A DNA stretch of 63,975 bases, the filler included, from Circinaria calcarea (taxonomy: Eukaryota), in assembly GCA_051942165.1 (NCBI GenBank). It is 4 parts of 4 records of this genome, joined end to end, with 100 filler letters (N's around TTAATTAATTAA, not from the genome) between each part and the next. Parts side by side here need not be neighbours in the genome. Positions count along the whole stretch, not along the records: positions 16,097 to 32,084 come from JAVECS010000344.1; positions 32,185 to 48,139 come from JAVECS010000345.1; 2 more parts are not named here. One strand, 5' to 3'. The first letter of the stretch is position 1, and the number at the start of each line of letters is the position of its first letter. The notes under the pieces are model-generated. The model made no database searches. It had not been told where the DNA came from and worked only from the letters and a program-made list of their open reading frames with translations. Shown piece by piece: positions 23,692 through 36,648 of the stretch. Position numbers and translations under genes: made by a program.

Positions 23692-26530
23692 CACAATATA
23701 CAGTCAAAGGACCCGTTTCAGCGCTCCCCCCCGGCAAAGGATCCCACATTCAAAAACCAACAGTTGGGGGGTTTTAGTTGTTTCTAGTAAGAACAATGCT
23801 ATGCACGGTAGCCCGGCACCGATACTCTAAGCCAGATGTCGTAAAGCCCAGGTGGCAGGTCTACCTTGTTGGCGCAGAATCTAGGCCGGTATATTGGCCA
23901 GAAGGGCTCCACTAGTATAACATAGCTCCGTTGTGGATGTACAATAGAGCTATATAAAGCCAGGCGGGGGTTGGCCTTGCACACGAGGTATCGATTGGCT
24001 GGGAGCACTGTTATTCCGGGCCTACCTAACATCCTCACAAAAAAAAACAACCAAACCCCCTAGTGAGAATCCCTGTAATAGTCCGTGTAGCGAGGTTACT
24101 CCACCCTGTAGTAGATCCGGTTTGCTGCTAGCCCGCTATGGCGCAGTAGTCTGCTGTACTCCAGATTTCGTAGACCAATTATTCTAAGAGGAGAGGGGAT
24201 TGATTACTTCTGATGCGTGTGCTGTCAAGTATTTCGGATAGATCGAGGAATCGCCCGGCTCGGATCATTGGACCGATCGATAGGCGCGGGAGGCTAACGC
24301 AACTCTAATGCCGATTTATAACTCGACCTTCTCCATACTCCGTGAGTTCATTAGGTACGCCAGAGTCCCTCCAATGCCAATTCCTCCCTTAGAACTTCAG
24401 CCGTTTGATCGCGTGGTGTGAGATCTTCATATACGTAGATACGCCTCTTCACACTAAAGTGCGGGGTTGCTTCGGCTAGGATATCGAAAATGCAGGCAGT
24501 TGCTCTAGGCGCTATTAGAGAGGAATAAACACCTCCTCTTAGAAAGAGGGCCAATAGCAGGAATCAGTCTGAGAATATTGTTAGTAAAAAAAAATACAGG
24601 TAACAGCGACCAGAAATGTTTAGCGGCACAACTTGGCTCCTAATGCCAATGGATTTCATAACAGAATTGTAGACCTGCTTCCATTTTCCTGCAGAAGTCT
24701 GCACCATATCCGGACTCCAAGGTTTCTTTAGTTCCCGTCATCCACGCAAGTGGCTAGTCAGTAAGCTGGGCCTGGTCATCGGCGGCATCAACTCCAATAT
24801 AGTCTTCGACACGGTCTTGGGTTGCTGACCAGTCGTCGGCAGCATCTTATGGCTGTTGGTGAGAACCCCCTTAGATGTTATATACAAGGTGAGCAGGCTT
24901 CAACTTTGGCCGCCGCTGGTCAATGGAGACAGCATGGCAGCCGTGGTCTGAGTTCCCCCCCAAAAAGAAGACCGGCTAAAATTGTACAACGGTACAGTCA
25001 TGCAAATGGTTAGCGTTGGCCCGGTCTAGCTTCTGATCAAGTTTGACGGCGTCTGAATCGAGGTGTTCCGCCGTGGTGATTGACGATGTTATTGGAGCCA
25101 TACCATCAGCCTTGACAGAGTTGGACTCTTCAAATTGTAGATAGTACCATCGGAAAATATTAGAAAATAAAACCGAAAATTGAAATATCTTGAAAAAGAC
25201 GACCCCGTACGCCAGTTATACGGGATAACTAATGATTCCTCGTCTCCATGAAAGCATTGACGAGAAAGGAGAAGACTGTAATGCAAAAAGCACTCTGATG
25301 ATAATTCTAAAGTATCTCATTGACGGCGGCTATAAAGGTAATGTGAGTCCATCACCGGAGCAGAGATTCAAGCTCTGTTGATGAAATGCAAGGAATAGGA
25401 GGGATTCGGCTGGGTTGGCCTGTTCCATGAAATGGGCAGTCATTCATTTTGCAGCAAAGTACTGGGTTATTCGAAACGTACTTTTTCGAGGAGGATGACG
25501 TGGAAGTGTATCGGCCAATGAACGGGTCTGCAAAACAAGCCCTTCGAACGCATATTAGAGCATAATCACACCATACATGCGTGTCTGCGCACTGTACGAC
25601 ACGATATATGCCGAGTCAAGTTATCTCGATCGACTCTCTGAATCACCTCATGCGTCTTGGATACACTTGAAGCAACAGTTGCTCGCAGTGGGGGTTTTGC
25701 AGTGGACTAGCGTGCCCTTTAGCGTGCAGATTACCGCTCCTAAGAAACGCCACTTCAGCTCCCTCCCCGAAATACGAGGGAAAGATCATTCTACACTTTA
25801 TACTGGTACTTTCGAGTCTGTTTGGTGATATTGATGTGTAAACGTCGTTTCTTTCCTGCCACCCGTATACCCTTATTCTATCCAGCTCTCTCTCCGCATT
25901 CGGATATCAGATACCATTGTTCATCCAGCACTCGCATCATCCATCATCTACCGAGTAGCTTATGCGTCAATGGACCTTTACTTAAGCCCCCAAATGGCCC
26001 CTCGGAGGTATTTGGCGGGCTGGGCTTGGCTTCATTCACGTGTCTACCCTGCGCTCAGACAGCTCTCGCGTCGTCCATCCTCAGCAATTGTCAATTGCAT
26101 CTTGATCGCATTCCCACCCAAGCATTGGCTGATCCCGAGTGCGTAAGCGCTTGTGCTATGCGACCCTGGCTGCGCGACTAACGGAGCTGAAGATTGGCAT
26201 CGTCAATAGATGTTTATCCAGTGGATCAGAACTTGCGATTGTTACTACATGCTTGCTTGCGCGACGACAAGGCTGCCCGAGGCTTCGATGTACGAGGATG
26301 CCCTGCGCCCGTCATGCGCGAGCTGTGCCTTTCAGCTGATGGCTGAGCGGGGTAGCGAGCTTCTCCTATCTCACACATAGCCTTGGGTATTTAGAAGGGG
26401 GTGGGTATCATGCTTTTGAAGACAACTGTCCATCAATTCTCAGGGGAACGGTGCCTTTCCTTTGAGACCACTTTCTGGCAGCTTGCAGTCCAGGACCCAA
26501 GGTTGGCAATCCAAGGAATCATCGAACATC

Positions 26531-29500
26531 ATGCCGGACGCTTCAGAATACGGGGATGCCTCCTTCACGGAGGAGAGGATTGAAGAGTCAGGCCTTCTAG
26601 ATGACATCAAGGCACTTGGCCCCAACGTTGGTGCAGATGCTCTGGCGCTCATTCAGGAGGTAATGGGCAAAGGCAAACCTTATGATGACAGAACTATGGT
26701 CGTATGTGCAAACCGGATCCGCCTGTATGAGGCAACATACTCATGGTTTCGTACCGTAGATGGAGAAGGTCATGAAATTGACAGCTTCTCTGCCACCGAA
26801 TTCCAAGATGCGGAAGAAGTTGTCCGACACCATTATCAAGACCATGTGGGGCACTCTCCAACACCCTCCCCAGTCCTATTACGGTGATGATTACCAATAC
26901 CGCACGGCGGACGGTTCAAACAACGTATGACTGTGCGAATCCGCACATGGAGGAGCTAACTTAGTAAACCCCAGAACGTTATGATTCCGCAACTTGGAAA
27001 GGCTGGCATGCCGTACGCCAAGTCAGTTCGCACGGCGAAAGGACTTCACGGAGCGAAGCCAGACCCTGGCCTACTATTCGACTGTTGGTTAAATTTCTCT
27101 CCTATCTGTGGCTGGCATACTGCTATGGCTCTAACCCCCGTCAACAGTGTTGCTTGCCAGACCGGATGGCAGTTTCCGAGCGAACAAAGCCGGGATCAAC
27201 AGCATGCTCTTCTACCATGCTACAGTCATCATACACGGTAATCTTCTCTAAGCAGAACTTTGTGAATATCCCAGTGGATGCTGATCATCCAAGATCTCTT
27301 CCGTACGAGCCACAAGGACTTCAGGATTAGTGACACATCATCCTATCTCGACCTTTCACCCCTTTATGGCAAGGATCAAAAAGCCCAAGATACCGTGAGG
27401 ACCTTTAAAGATGGAAAATTGAAACCCGACACATTTGCAGAAGAACGACTTATAGGCCAACCACCAGGGACGTGTGTCTTTCTAGTCATGTACAACCGAT
27501 TCCACAATTACGTCGCAGAGAACCTCGCAGAAATCAACGATGGCGGACGTTTCACCATGCCACGAAAAGGCAGCGAAAACTACGATGCAGCGCTCAAAAA
27601 GAGGGATTATGACTTGTTCCAGACCGCCAGACTGTAAGCCGAGATCCTTGGCGTATATCTCTTCTATATACTGATGTGTTGGCTTGTAGTATTGTTTGCG
27701 GATTGTACATGAACATTACTTTACATGACTACATTCGTGGCATCACAAACGTTCACCATTCAACATCGACATGGACTATCGAGCCACGGGTTGATATTCT
27801 CAATGACGATGGTTCCAGAGCCGTAGAGCTTGGTGTCGGCAACCAGGTGTCGTCGGAGTTTAACTTGCTCTATCGCTTTCATTCTGCAGTATCTCAACGA
27901 GATGACAAATGGACCGCAATGTTCTTCAAAGAGTTATTTGGAGACAGAAACCCGGCGGAAATTCCCGTTCAGGAATTCGTTGCTGGGGCCCTTGCATGGG
28001 AGGCCAAAATACCCAAAGAACCAAGCGAACGAGTGTTTGGTGGCTTGAAGCGAAACCCCGAAACCGGCACGTTTGATGACGATGCTATGGTTCAAATACT
28101 GAAAGAGAGCATTGAGGATCCAGCTGGTAAGCTGTCTACTATTAGCTGGAGATATCTTCAAAACCGCTTCTGACCTACTCGATTCCACAGGTGCTTTCGG
28201 TGCAAGGAACGTTCCTAAGCACCTACGGACCGTTGACATCCTCGGTATTATACGAGCCAGACAATGGTGAGATGCTTAGGGTGGGAGCTTGAACGTCCGC
28301 TGATATCTCATGTAGGCAAACGGCTTCACTGAACGAGTTCCGACGATACTTTGGCTTGAAAGAGCACACTGAGTTTGAGCAAATCAACCCTGACCCAGAG
28401 ATTGCAGACTTACTTCGCAAGTTGTACGACTCCCCAGATATGGTAGAGCTGTACCCTGGGTTGTTCGTCGAGGATATCAAAGCCCGTATGGATCCTGGAT
28501 CTGGTATCGGGATACCCTACACCGCGGGTCGGGCGGTCCTCTCCGACGCTGTTGGTTTTATTCGGGGAGATCGGTTCTTCACGGTGGTACGAATTACGAG
28601 CTCTTGTGTTGTCTGAGATATACTTACATGTTCTCTAGGACTATACAGCTTCGAATTTGACACCTTGGGGAATGGCCGAAGTCCAACAAGATTACCTGAC
28701 CCTTGGAGGCTCTGTTTTTTATCGGCTCATCCAGCGCGCATTCCCCAAATGGTTCAAATTCAACTCTGTTTACGTTATGCAACCCATGTATCTCCCGAGC
28801 ATGAATGTCGAAATTTTCAAAGAATTCAAAACCATCGACCAGTACAGTCTTGATCCTCCAGCACCGCCCCCAAAAGCGACGGTCCTTCACACAAAAGAAG
28901 CCATTGGCCTTGTCATCAATGACCAAAAGAATTTCAAGGTATCCTACAGCAACAAGCTGCCCGACTCTGCATCTGCCGACTTCATGATCTGCGGAGATTG
29001 TGCAGCAAACAAGGCGAACCACACAAAGCTATCTACACAAGTGACGCAGCATGGAGGCTATGGCATATTTTCGAAGACTATTGAGCTTACAATGCGCAAA
29101 GTCCTCGCCCGGGAGGCTTACAAGTTGAAAGATTTGTACCAAGTTGACATGACCAAGGAGTAAGACTTCGTTGCCATTTTTTGTGCCCATCTCAGAGGTT
29201 CATGCTAACTTTCATAGTGTTGCCCGTGTCGTCATGCTTCAGACGCACGCAGACTTCCTGAACCTGCCATTGGCTACCAAAGAAAACGGCCAAAAGGGTC
29301 TCTCCGAATCAGAAATGTATAAACATTTGGAGACGTACTTGAACTACAGCTTGATCGATAATGATCCAGCCGAGTCGTGGAGACTTCGGCGCCAAGCTCA
29401 AGCGAGTTATGAGAAGCTCAAAGCCGCCACCGAGGAAATCGTCCATGGTGTTGCACGAAGTGATGGGTTCTTGGGCCACATGTTTGGTTCCTCATCTGCC

Positions 29501-30416
29501 TCGGCTGGTTCGTTGAGGGAACTAGGTCAAAAGTACACCAAGGACCTTCTTCATGCTGGGTGCAACGAGGCCAAAACGGTGACCATTCTCTATACCACGG
29601 CCGCTGGCATGGTTGGCCCGCTTTCTAGCTTGGTGAGTTTGATTAAATCCTCCAACGTTCCCGGCATACTAATTACCCTTGATAGTTTGCGCAAACCCTG
29701 GAGTGGTTCCTCAAAAGTGAAAATGCATCGCACTGGACCAAAGTACGGGAGTTGGCCGCCGATAAGGAACCCGCATCATATGAGAAGCTCAAGCAATATG
29801 TTCTCGAAGCCTCTCGGTTCCAGTCCACCTTCCCAAACACCCGCTTGTGTCAGAGTGACTCGTGTCAGATAAAAGACAATGAGGGACATGATGTAACAGT
29901 GAAAAAGGGCGAGATCATCGTCACAAACCATGTAAGTAATAGTCCATGACTAGATCCATACCTCTGCTTCCTCGCATAGACTTTATCAAAACCTAACCAC
30001 TTGTCTGTTTGCAGATGGCACTCCTACGTGACCCGACAGTATTCCACGAACCTGAGGTCTTCAAAGCTGACCGGCCGCTTGAATCATACCACATCCTTAG
30101 CTGGGCACCAGAAACCTGCTGCGGCCGAGAAATCGCCATTGTCGCTCTCACCTCCATGGTCAAGGTTGCTGCCACGATCAAGAATCTCCGAGCCGCACCG
30201 GGTCCACAGGGGGAGATTAAATATATTCCCGGACCTTTGGGAAGCAAGAAATTCTTGTCGGATGACTGGAAGTGTTTCCAACCGTTTGCCGGTGGTGAGT
30301 TTCCCCGCTGCCTTTTGGATGGCAATTTTCCTTTTTCCCCCTGGCATCAAAGGTTCAATTAGCTGACGATTCCCATAGCTTGGAAAGTTCACTTTGACGA
30401 GATGCCGTCGGTATGA
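26531..30416 (+). CDS. Fatty-acid heme dioxygenase-cytochrome P450 fusion (Ppo / linoleate diol synthase / DOX-AOS family), multi-exon
   Basis: QHPPQSY...YRTADGSNNN; distal-His YHATVIIHDLFRT; SSYLDLSPLYG; GNQVSSEFNLLYRFHS (Tyr radical + proximal His); ASLNEFRRYFGL; VELYPGL. P450 half has an ExxR (YVLEASR) and a Cys-containing heme loop (ETCCGREIA). Ends AWKVHFDEMPSV*. Confidence 0.93.
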
Positions 30417-30699
30417 AGCATGAGATGTGAGACTGGACTGGTTGCCGGACAAGAAATGATTGGAAGAGAGGTCTTATGATATAACAACACGGTGGATCCG
30501 TAAATTGATTTTGGAAATTTGGCCCGAAAAAAAAAGCCGTTGCACGTCTTTCTAGGACCATTTAGCCATAGCAAAACCTGTGACGACTTGCAAATAGTTC
30601 CATGAATGACTCTCTTCCGTCCAAGTGATTTTAGTAAACTCGAGCTGGCTTTGGGTAAATCAATAATGGAAACTCCTTTTGCCGTTCCAAGATTCCCTA

Positions 30700-30880
30700 T
30701 GTATATACATATATAGAGAGAGGTGTGTGTGTGTGTGTGTGCGTTTTTTGTAAATATAATCTTCCACTCACTCGTATTACGTCACGTCCCCAGGCTTCTT
30801 ACTTAGGCCAAGGCAAGGCAAGGCAAGGTATGCTATATACTGCTGGTATAAGGTAGGTAGGTAGGTAGGTAGGTAGGTAG
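30700..30880. repeat. Microsatellite cluster: (TA)n, (GT)n, (GGCAA)n, (AGGT)n
   Basis: Read directly, e.g. (GT)n at about 30723-30741 and (AGGT)n at 30851-30880. Confidence 0.9.
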
Positions 30881-31766
30881 TAGGGGCTCGGTTCAATCAA
30901 CAAAATAAGGTATATATGGTTCTATTCTATATTTAGTAGTTTGTATATACACCAGTAAGATATATGTGATAATAGGTAATATATTATTATATTTAATAAG
31001 GGTCTTGACCAAACCAATACATTAGAGGGGGGGGGTTAAACCCCCTTTTTCTGCTTTTTTTACTACTCTACTCCCCACAGGGTTGGGTTATATAGGGGAG
31101 CACACGGGCATCTTCAGATTAAAAACCGCGCTGCTTCACACCCACACTGCGCTCCCGTATGGTAACGTTTACACAAGAATCTCTCCGCCGGAGCACTGAG
31201 TAATGCCTTATTGTACGCACTACGCCCCATGTGCAGTGATTGTTGTAGTTATTGGTCCCATAGCGCCCATGTAAACTTCGCAAGTCCACCCTCCCCCGGC
31301 TCCCCAGCACGAGAGTTACTCTACGAAGAAGGGAATAATATAAATAGCAGGCTCTTTCCGCAAGTGATATAGATAGATTCGAGGAATTCAAATCAAATTA
31401 AATCAAAACCATCCACAGAAGAAGACGGGGGGGGAAAAAAAAAGTATTTGGTGCGAGGAAAAAAGAAAGGTTCCCTTTTTTCTTTTTCTTATTTTTTTTG
31501 GTTTATTTATATGTATGGTATGGTACGCCAAGAAAAAAAACCACCCCAAAAACATTTACCGTAAATAAAAACGAGAGGGGATTTTATTCGCTTCCCACCC
31601 CCTCCCCCCCTCGGTACCCTATTATTATAAAAAAGCGTAAGGGCGTTTTCGTTCGAGCATTGACTGGATATTTTTAAAAACTAAAAAGTACTTCTTCGTA
31701 GGTCTGGGGGGTTGGTCCGGCGAGTAAAATTTTCATCCCTTATAAAATCACACGGACTTACCATTA

Positions 31767-31848
31767 ACCAGTTACCAGTTACCAGTTACCAGTTACCAGT
31801 TACCAGTTACCAGTTACCAGTTACCAGTTACCAGTTACCAGTTACCAG
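31767..31848. repeat. Perfect 7-bp tandem repeat (ACCAGTT) x about 11.7
   Basis: Read directly; no spacers. Confidence 0.95.
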
Positions 31849-32084
31849 AGCTCCTTTATTTATAATACCCCGCGATTTCTGGGAATCTTCCTGGGAGAAT
31901 ATAATGTAAATCTTATATTTTCTCACTTGGGAAAAACAAAACAAAAAGAAACTCGACTCGCCTCGACTCGACCAGATTTCTTAATTCTACAAAATATCAA
32001 GTCAAGCCCAAGGCACTACCATAGCTAGTTTGATCAAGGAAATGGGGGGGGGAAATCAAAACCGTTCCCGCCCCTGCCCCTGCG

Positions 32085-32184
32085 NNNNNNNNNNNNNNNN
32101 NNNNNNNNNNNNNNNNNNNNNNNNNNNNTTAATTAATTAANNNNNNNNNNNNNNNNNNNNNNNNNNNNNNNNNNNNNNNNNNNN
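32085..32184. other. Assembly gap / contig spacer
   Basis: N44-TTAATTAATTAA-N44. Confidence 0.97.
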
Positions 32185-32876
32185 AGGTAAACCCGCCCCC
32201 CATCACCGTAGAGTAGAAAATGTGGCCATGTGCCATTATCTGTCACCCAATCTCTAGTCATAACCCCCATGTAACCAATCATCTTGTCTTGGATAGGTAT
32301 CATGCAACAGGTACCGTACGTAGACCCTTCTAAAAAAAATCGTCTATATTCCGAGTTGTAGAAAAAAAAGATTCTTGCCGAGCTATGTAATGCAACATAA
32401 ATGGGCTAATAAGACATCTAAGATATAGTTTGGTAATATAAGACATGTGTAGCGCTGAAATAACAAAAAACCCCTTTCGTACTGTGTACTCTATCGGATA
32501 TAGGAGGCCATCTCCGACCATATAGCTGTCAAACATGACTCTCTGAGCTGGTATTGTTTTAAAACCTTCTTCCCATGTCTATTCCATGCCTACGCCCAAC
32601 CTCAGCTACCGGACACAAGCTTGCCATGTACCGGGATGGGTTGAAGGTGCTCTTCTAGTCTGCCGAGCTTAGTGCACCACTAATCGATGCACAATGCTCT
32701 CCTTTTTCTTTGATTCAAGACACGCCGTGTAAAACCCTGGTGAGTAGGGGAGGGTGTCTGGTGCAGCGAGCCGCGCTGGTTGTAGGAGGCAGCAGAGGTT
32801 CGATGTCGTAAAAGAGGAAGCTTGAAGCTAATTGTCTGGCTATAGTTGAAATCTCCATCTTCTCGGTGCCTCTTGA

Positions 32877-34436
32877 TCATCTATTCAAGAGTTTACTATC
32901 GCCAGCGTGGAATTGCAGCTGCTCCGAGCTAGGGAGAATTCTACGTTTCACAATCAGCTCAACGAGGCTTCTAGGATAAATCTTCAAAGAATCACTTACG
33001 CAAAGCTCTCAAACCTGAGGCCCCGAAGTCTTCGACCTTCACCGGTCATTTCATATAGTTCCGGGGTAAAACTAACTTTCCCCCAGCCGCGAAATAAAGC
33101 TCGCCAGTAGCAAGCTTCCGCAGCAGGCGTCAAGTATCGTTCTCTGAATGTCTTCACACTGTTTTCTGCAATCCTCCTAGCTTCTTCTGGGTTTGCAAGT
33201 AGATAATCCATTTTCGCATCGAGATCGGAGAAATCGCGCTCAACCTCGACGAAATTCTGCTGTGTACCATTTGATACCATAAGGTAGTGGTGATGTTGGA
33301 TCCATTGGAGCTTGTGAGCAATGACCACAGATCGGCAAGCCTGCCTGTACTTCAAAGAGGCCGAGTAACTCCGTCCTAAAAAGAATGTAAGCTTGGTCAG
33401 AACAATTGTCAGCAACCGACCAACCTTCGGTGTGGGCAATAAACATGTAGTCGCATTGGTCCACAGAGCTGATAAAGTCCGCACGCATGCTTTCCTCACT
33501 TGCCCATCTCAAAGCCCTAACAGCGCTCCAGGGTTTGTCCTTTGCCATCTGAATCAAGGCTCGTCGTAGCTTCGGTGCAAATGACAGCTTTCCTCGCCAA
33601 ACCAGTTTCTCTTGTTTCTTATGCCAATCGCGATCAGCGTCTTGCTCTACGATTTCTGAGACCACCTGACCGTATGGACCTATGCCCTCGACATTCCAGC
33701 TCCAGAACCCAAAATCTGGCATCAGCCAGACCTCACTGTCTTGAGCCCTTCGAGTAAGCACCCACAATGGGTTATTGGGGTCGTCAGCCATATCTTCGAT
33801 GGTAAAGATGAATTCGATGTTTGGGAGTTGCCGGCGGTCAGTCATTGCAACCATCGATCGATAAATCGACGAAAGCGCGGCTAGAACCTTTTTACGGTGG
33901 TCTTCGCCTTTGCATTTGATGTCCATCACATAGAGCTTTATTCTTGAATTAGCCACCATGCGGGCTACACTTGTATATTATGAATAACCAACCTCGCCAT
34001 TGTAAATCATTGCTCGCACCATCCCCTTGTACATCTTCATCGATGAGAGTTCCTCTGGTTGAATGTGATTCTTTCGTCTTAACTTGACCGCTCTATCTAT
34101 GTCCTCAAACAGGCCTGGGAAGGCAGCGCCGCACTGGTCGGGCTCGAGTCCCTCGTTACCATCATCACGCCCATACTTGAATTCCCAACCATCTCCCAGT
34201 CCGCTTGTATTTGGGTTTGCCACGGGGAGGTTCACTCGATCCAAGCAGGTGGAGCACTCGATCGATGCACTGGCATGGCAAAGGCAGTGTCCAGCTGGGA
34301 GTAACTCGCCCACGAAAGGATTGAGTTCGTCGTAGTCGCTTCTTGTGCCGTATACAATCAAAAGAACGACGACTGCTACACCGCCCAGAAATGCAGCAGG
34401 ATGTGTCAGAGCACCAAGTTGTGTACGGAACAGCAT
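32877..34436 (-). CDS. Glycosyltransferase family 90 (CAP10/KDELC/Rumi-like) protein, 3 introns
   Basis: N-terminal transmembrane anchor; QCGAAFPGLFEDIDRA, VRAMIYNGELY, PNIEFIF, WLMPDFGFWSW, KLVWRG, HTEGRSYSASLKY, EARRIAENSVKTFRERYLTPAAEACYWR. Confidence 0.88.
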
Positions 34437-35185
34437 CGCAAGCCTGATCTAGCGATTGGGATGGCCCAATTGTGGGTCGAGTTGGACTAAAAGAGTGTGT
34501 AGAAGGTGTAAGCCAGTTAAAGCAAGAAGCAGTGAAGATAAATTCTGACAGAAAGGCGTATTTGAATATCTGGTTGTCACATACGGTCCATTGGAGATGC
34601 GGAGCAGTGACCTGTACCAAATTGGTTGCAAGCCGCAAAAAAAGGGGTTTCAGTCCAGGCCGCTCCTCCTGAAGGTCACCCTGGTTCTATTGGCCCGGCA
34701 TTACGCCCATGCGCAATTGCCTTCGAGTTGCCCCTCATGACGGGTAGCGTGGCCGGCTTGCGACGATGCTGTATTGAACTCGGACTGGAGATAAAGGTAG
34801 CCATATTTGCAGTTGAGGGAGAAGTCGACAAGGAAGAAAAAGATACATCCGTTTTATGGGGGGTGTCTCGTGCTTATGAACAGGAATTAATAATGCCGAA
34901 TGTCAGCATCCCTATCCGAAGAAGCCGGTGAAAGGCACCCTTGGGTTACCGGTACTCCGTCTCCCGATCCGATGCATACATTAGCGTTTTTTTAATGAAT
35001 CCCTTATGGCAGATGGTGTGCACAGTGATGACTTCGAATCTCGAGCTTTTTTTTTTTAACTCACGTAATACGTGAAGCTACATCTGTCCAAGTAACCCTA
35101 ACCCTGATTACCAGTCAACGCCCTGCTAAGGTATCCATCATCCCGGTGCCTCCGTGACATGCTACAAGCCACTCCAATCCAAACG

Positions 35186-36648
35186 TCATGAATAAAATTG
35201 ACTTTTTTGAAAACTTTCGGCGCTGATATCGCCCACTTTGGCCTCTAAAGGCGGTCCCCGCTCCGCCACTTGACCCTTGGAGCTCTCCGCCCTACTGGTC
35301 CCGCCTTCCGTTGACATCGTCTGCGCTCTGCCTCCTTCGCTGCCTTCGGCAATCTCTTTGGGTCTTCGTTGGATGACCTCTAAATATAGCCCAGGTAGAT
35401 AGCCTTCCCTCTTGTCCCTGGTCCGACACCGCCACCACTCGGACGGATTTCCCAAGGGATCGGATTGTGAAAGCACGGCTACTAGATCGCCTTTCTTGAC
35501 TGCAAGGTCAACGCCTGGAGTTGCTTGGGACCCGGTCTCGGGGTTGTAATCATACAGAACACGACAGAAAGGAAGTTTGGATGGGTCGAGAGGCTGTTGG
35601 TCTGATGGTAAAGGTCTCCCGTCCGGTCCGAGAAGAAGACCCTGCTGCTGTCTAGCAGCTTCCTCCTGCGAGCGTGCGAGGGCTCGAATGAACTTTCCCA
35701 TCAAGTATGGGAGACCAAAAGCAGCAAGGAGGAAGACGAGGAAAGGCTTCTTCGACGGACGTGGAGGCGCGGGGGAACCATCTGGGAGTAAGGAGCGGTT
35801 TTGGAAAGCGGCGAAGGCCGAGGGGGTTAACGATGTAGCATCTGCTGGGGGAGGGCGTCCAGTTATCTTGGAAATAAGTGTCCGGATATAGCGCAGCAGG
35901 GTGTAGATACCGAGCATCGAACCGAGGGTATCGCGCAGGTTTGAGAACTGCTCCGCGACGGAGATCATAGCTACATAGACGGTTAGCTCGTTTGTTTTGT
36001 TAGAGAGAATTGAGGATGTTTCAAATAAAAGATTGCATACCAAAGAAACTCGAATGGGTTGCCATATAAGTACTCTCTAGCATCTGGGCAAAACCCCCAA
36101 ACGCGCCAACGATGCTCTCAATAATCTGAAACGTCGCCTGTGTGCTTTGGTTGAAGCTGTTCGTCAAGCTGTTGGGGTCTTCCATACCAGGCTGGCCATT
36201 ACCATAACCTGGCATTCCCCCATACATGCCACCCATACCGCCATACATGGATCCGTAGCCACCGTACATTGAAGAGTTCATCCCTCCAAGCCGCGAGTAA
36301 GGCGACCCATAACTGTTGTAGCCGCCGATACCACCCAGGCCGCCATAGGGGGAACCACCAAGGTGTGATGCGCCCCCATATGGTGAGTAATTAGAAGCCG
36401 TGCGATTAACGACAGATGTGAGAGTCGACGGTTTTGCGGGGAGAGGCGGAGGTTGCAAGGATGAATTTGAAGTCGAAGCTGCGGCCGTTGTTGTGTGTGG
36501 ATTGTTGAGTGGCGCTGAAGTATTTCCTGATGATAAAGCTGCCAGTTTCTTTAGCAGGTGGTCGAGCAGAGCGAATTGACGGCTTACCAGGGCACTTACT
36601 CGTGACGCCAGCCCGCTCCCAAGGCTTTGGCGGTGACTGTGATGCCAT
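35186..36648 (-). CDS. PEX13: Peroxisomal docking protein Pex13 (SH3 domain), 2 introns
   Basis: MASQSPPKPWER; YG-rich region; STQATFQIIESIVGAFGGFAQMLESTYMATHSSFFAMISVAEQF; SH3 FCRVLYDY...DLAVKKGDLVAVL...WWRCR...GYLP. Confidence 0.96.

Noticed and set aside
31767..31848. Regular repeat array (and the 31712..31909 ORF with QLPVTSY repeats) as CRISPR or a repeat protein
   Set aside because: Pure 7-bp tandem repeat without spacers in a eukaryotic context; the ORF is a by-product of the repeat.
35092..35105. TAACCCTAACCCT telomere-like repeat
   Set aside because: Only two units, internal, in the PEX13 3' region; expected by chance.
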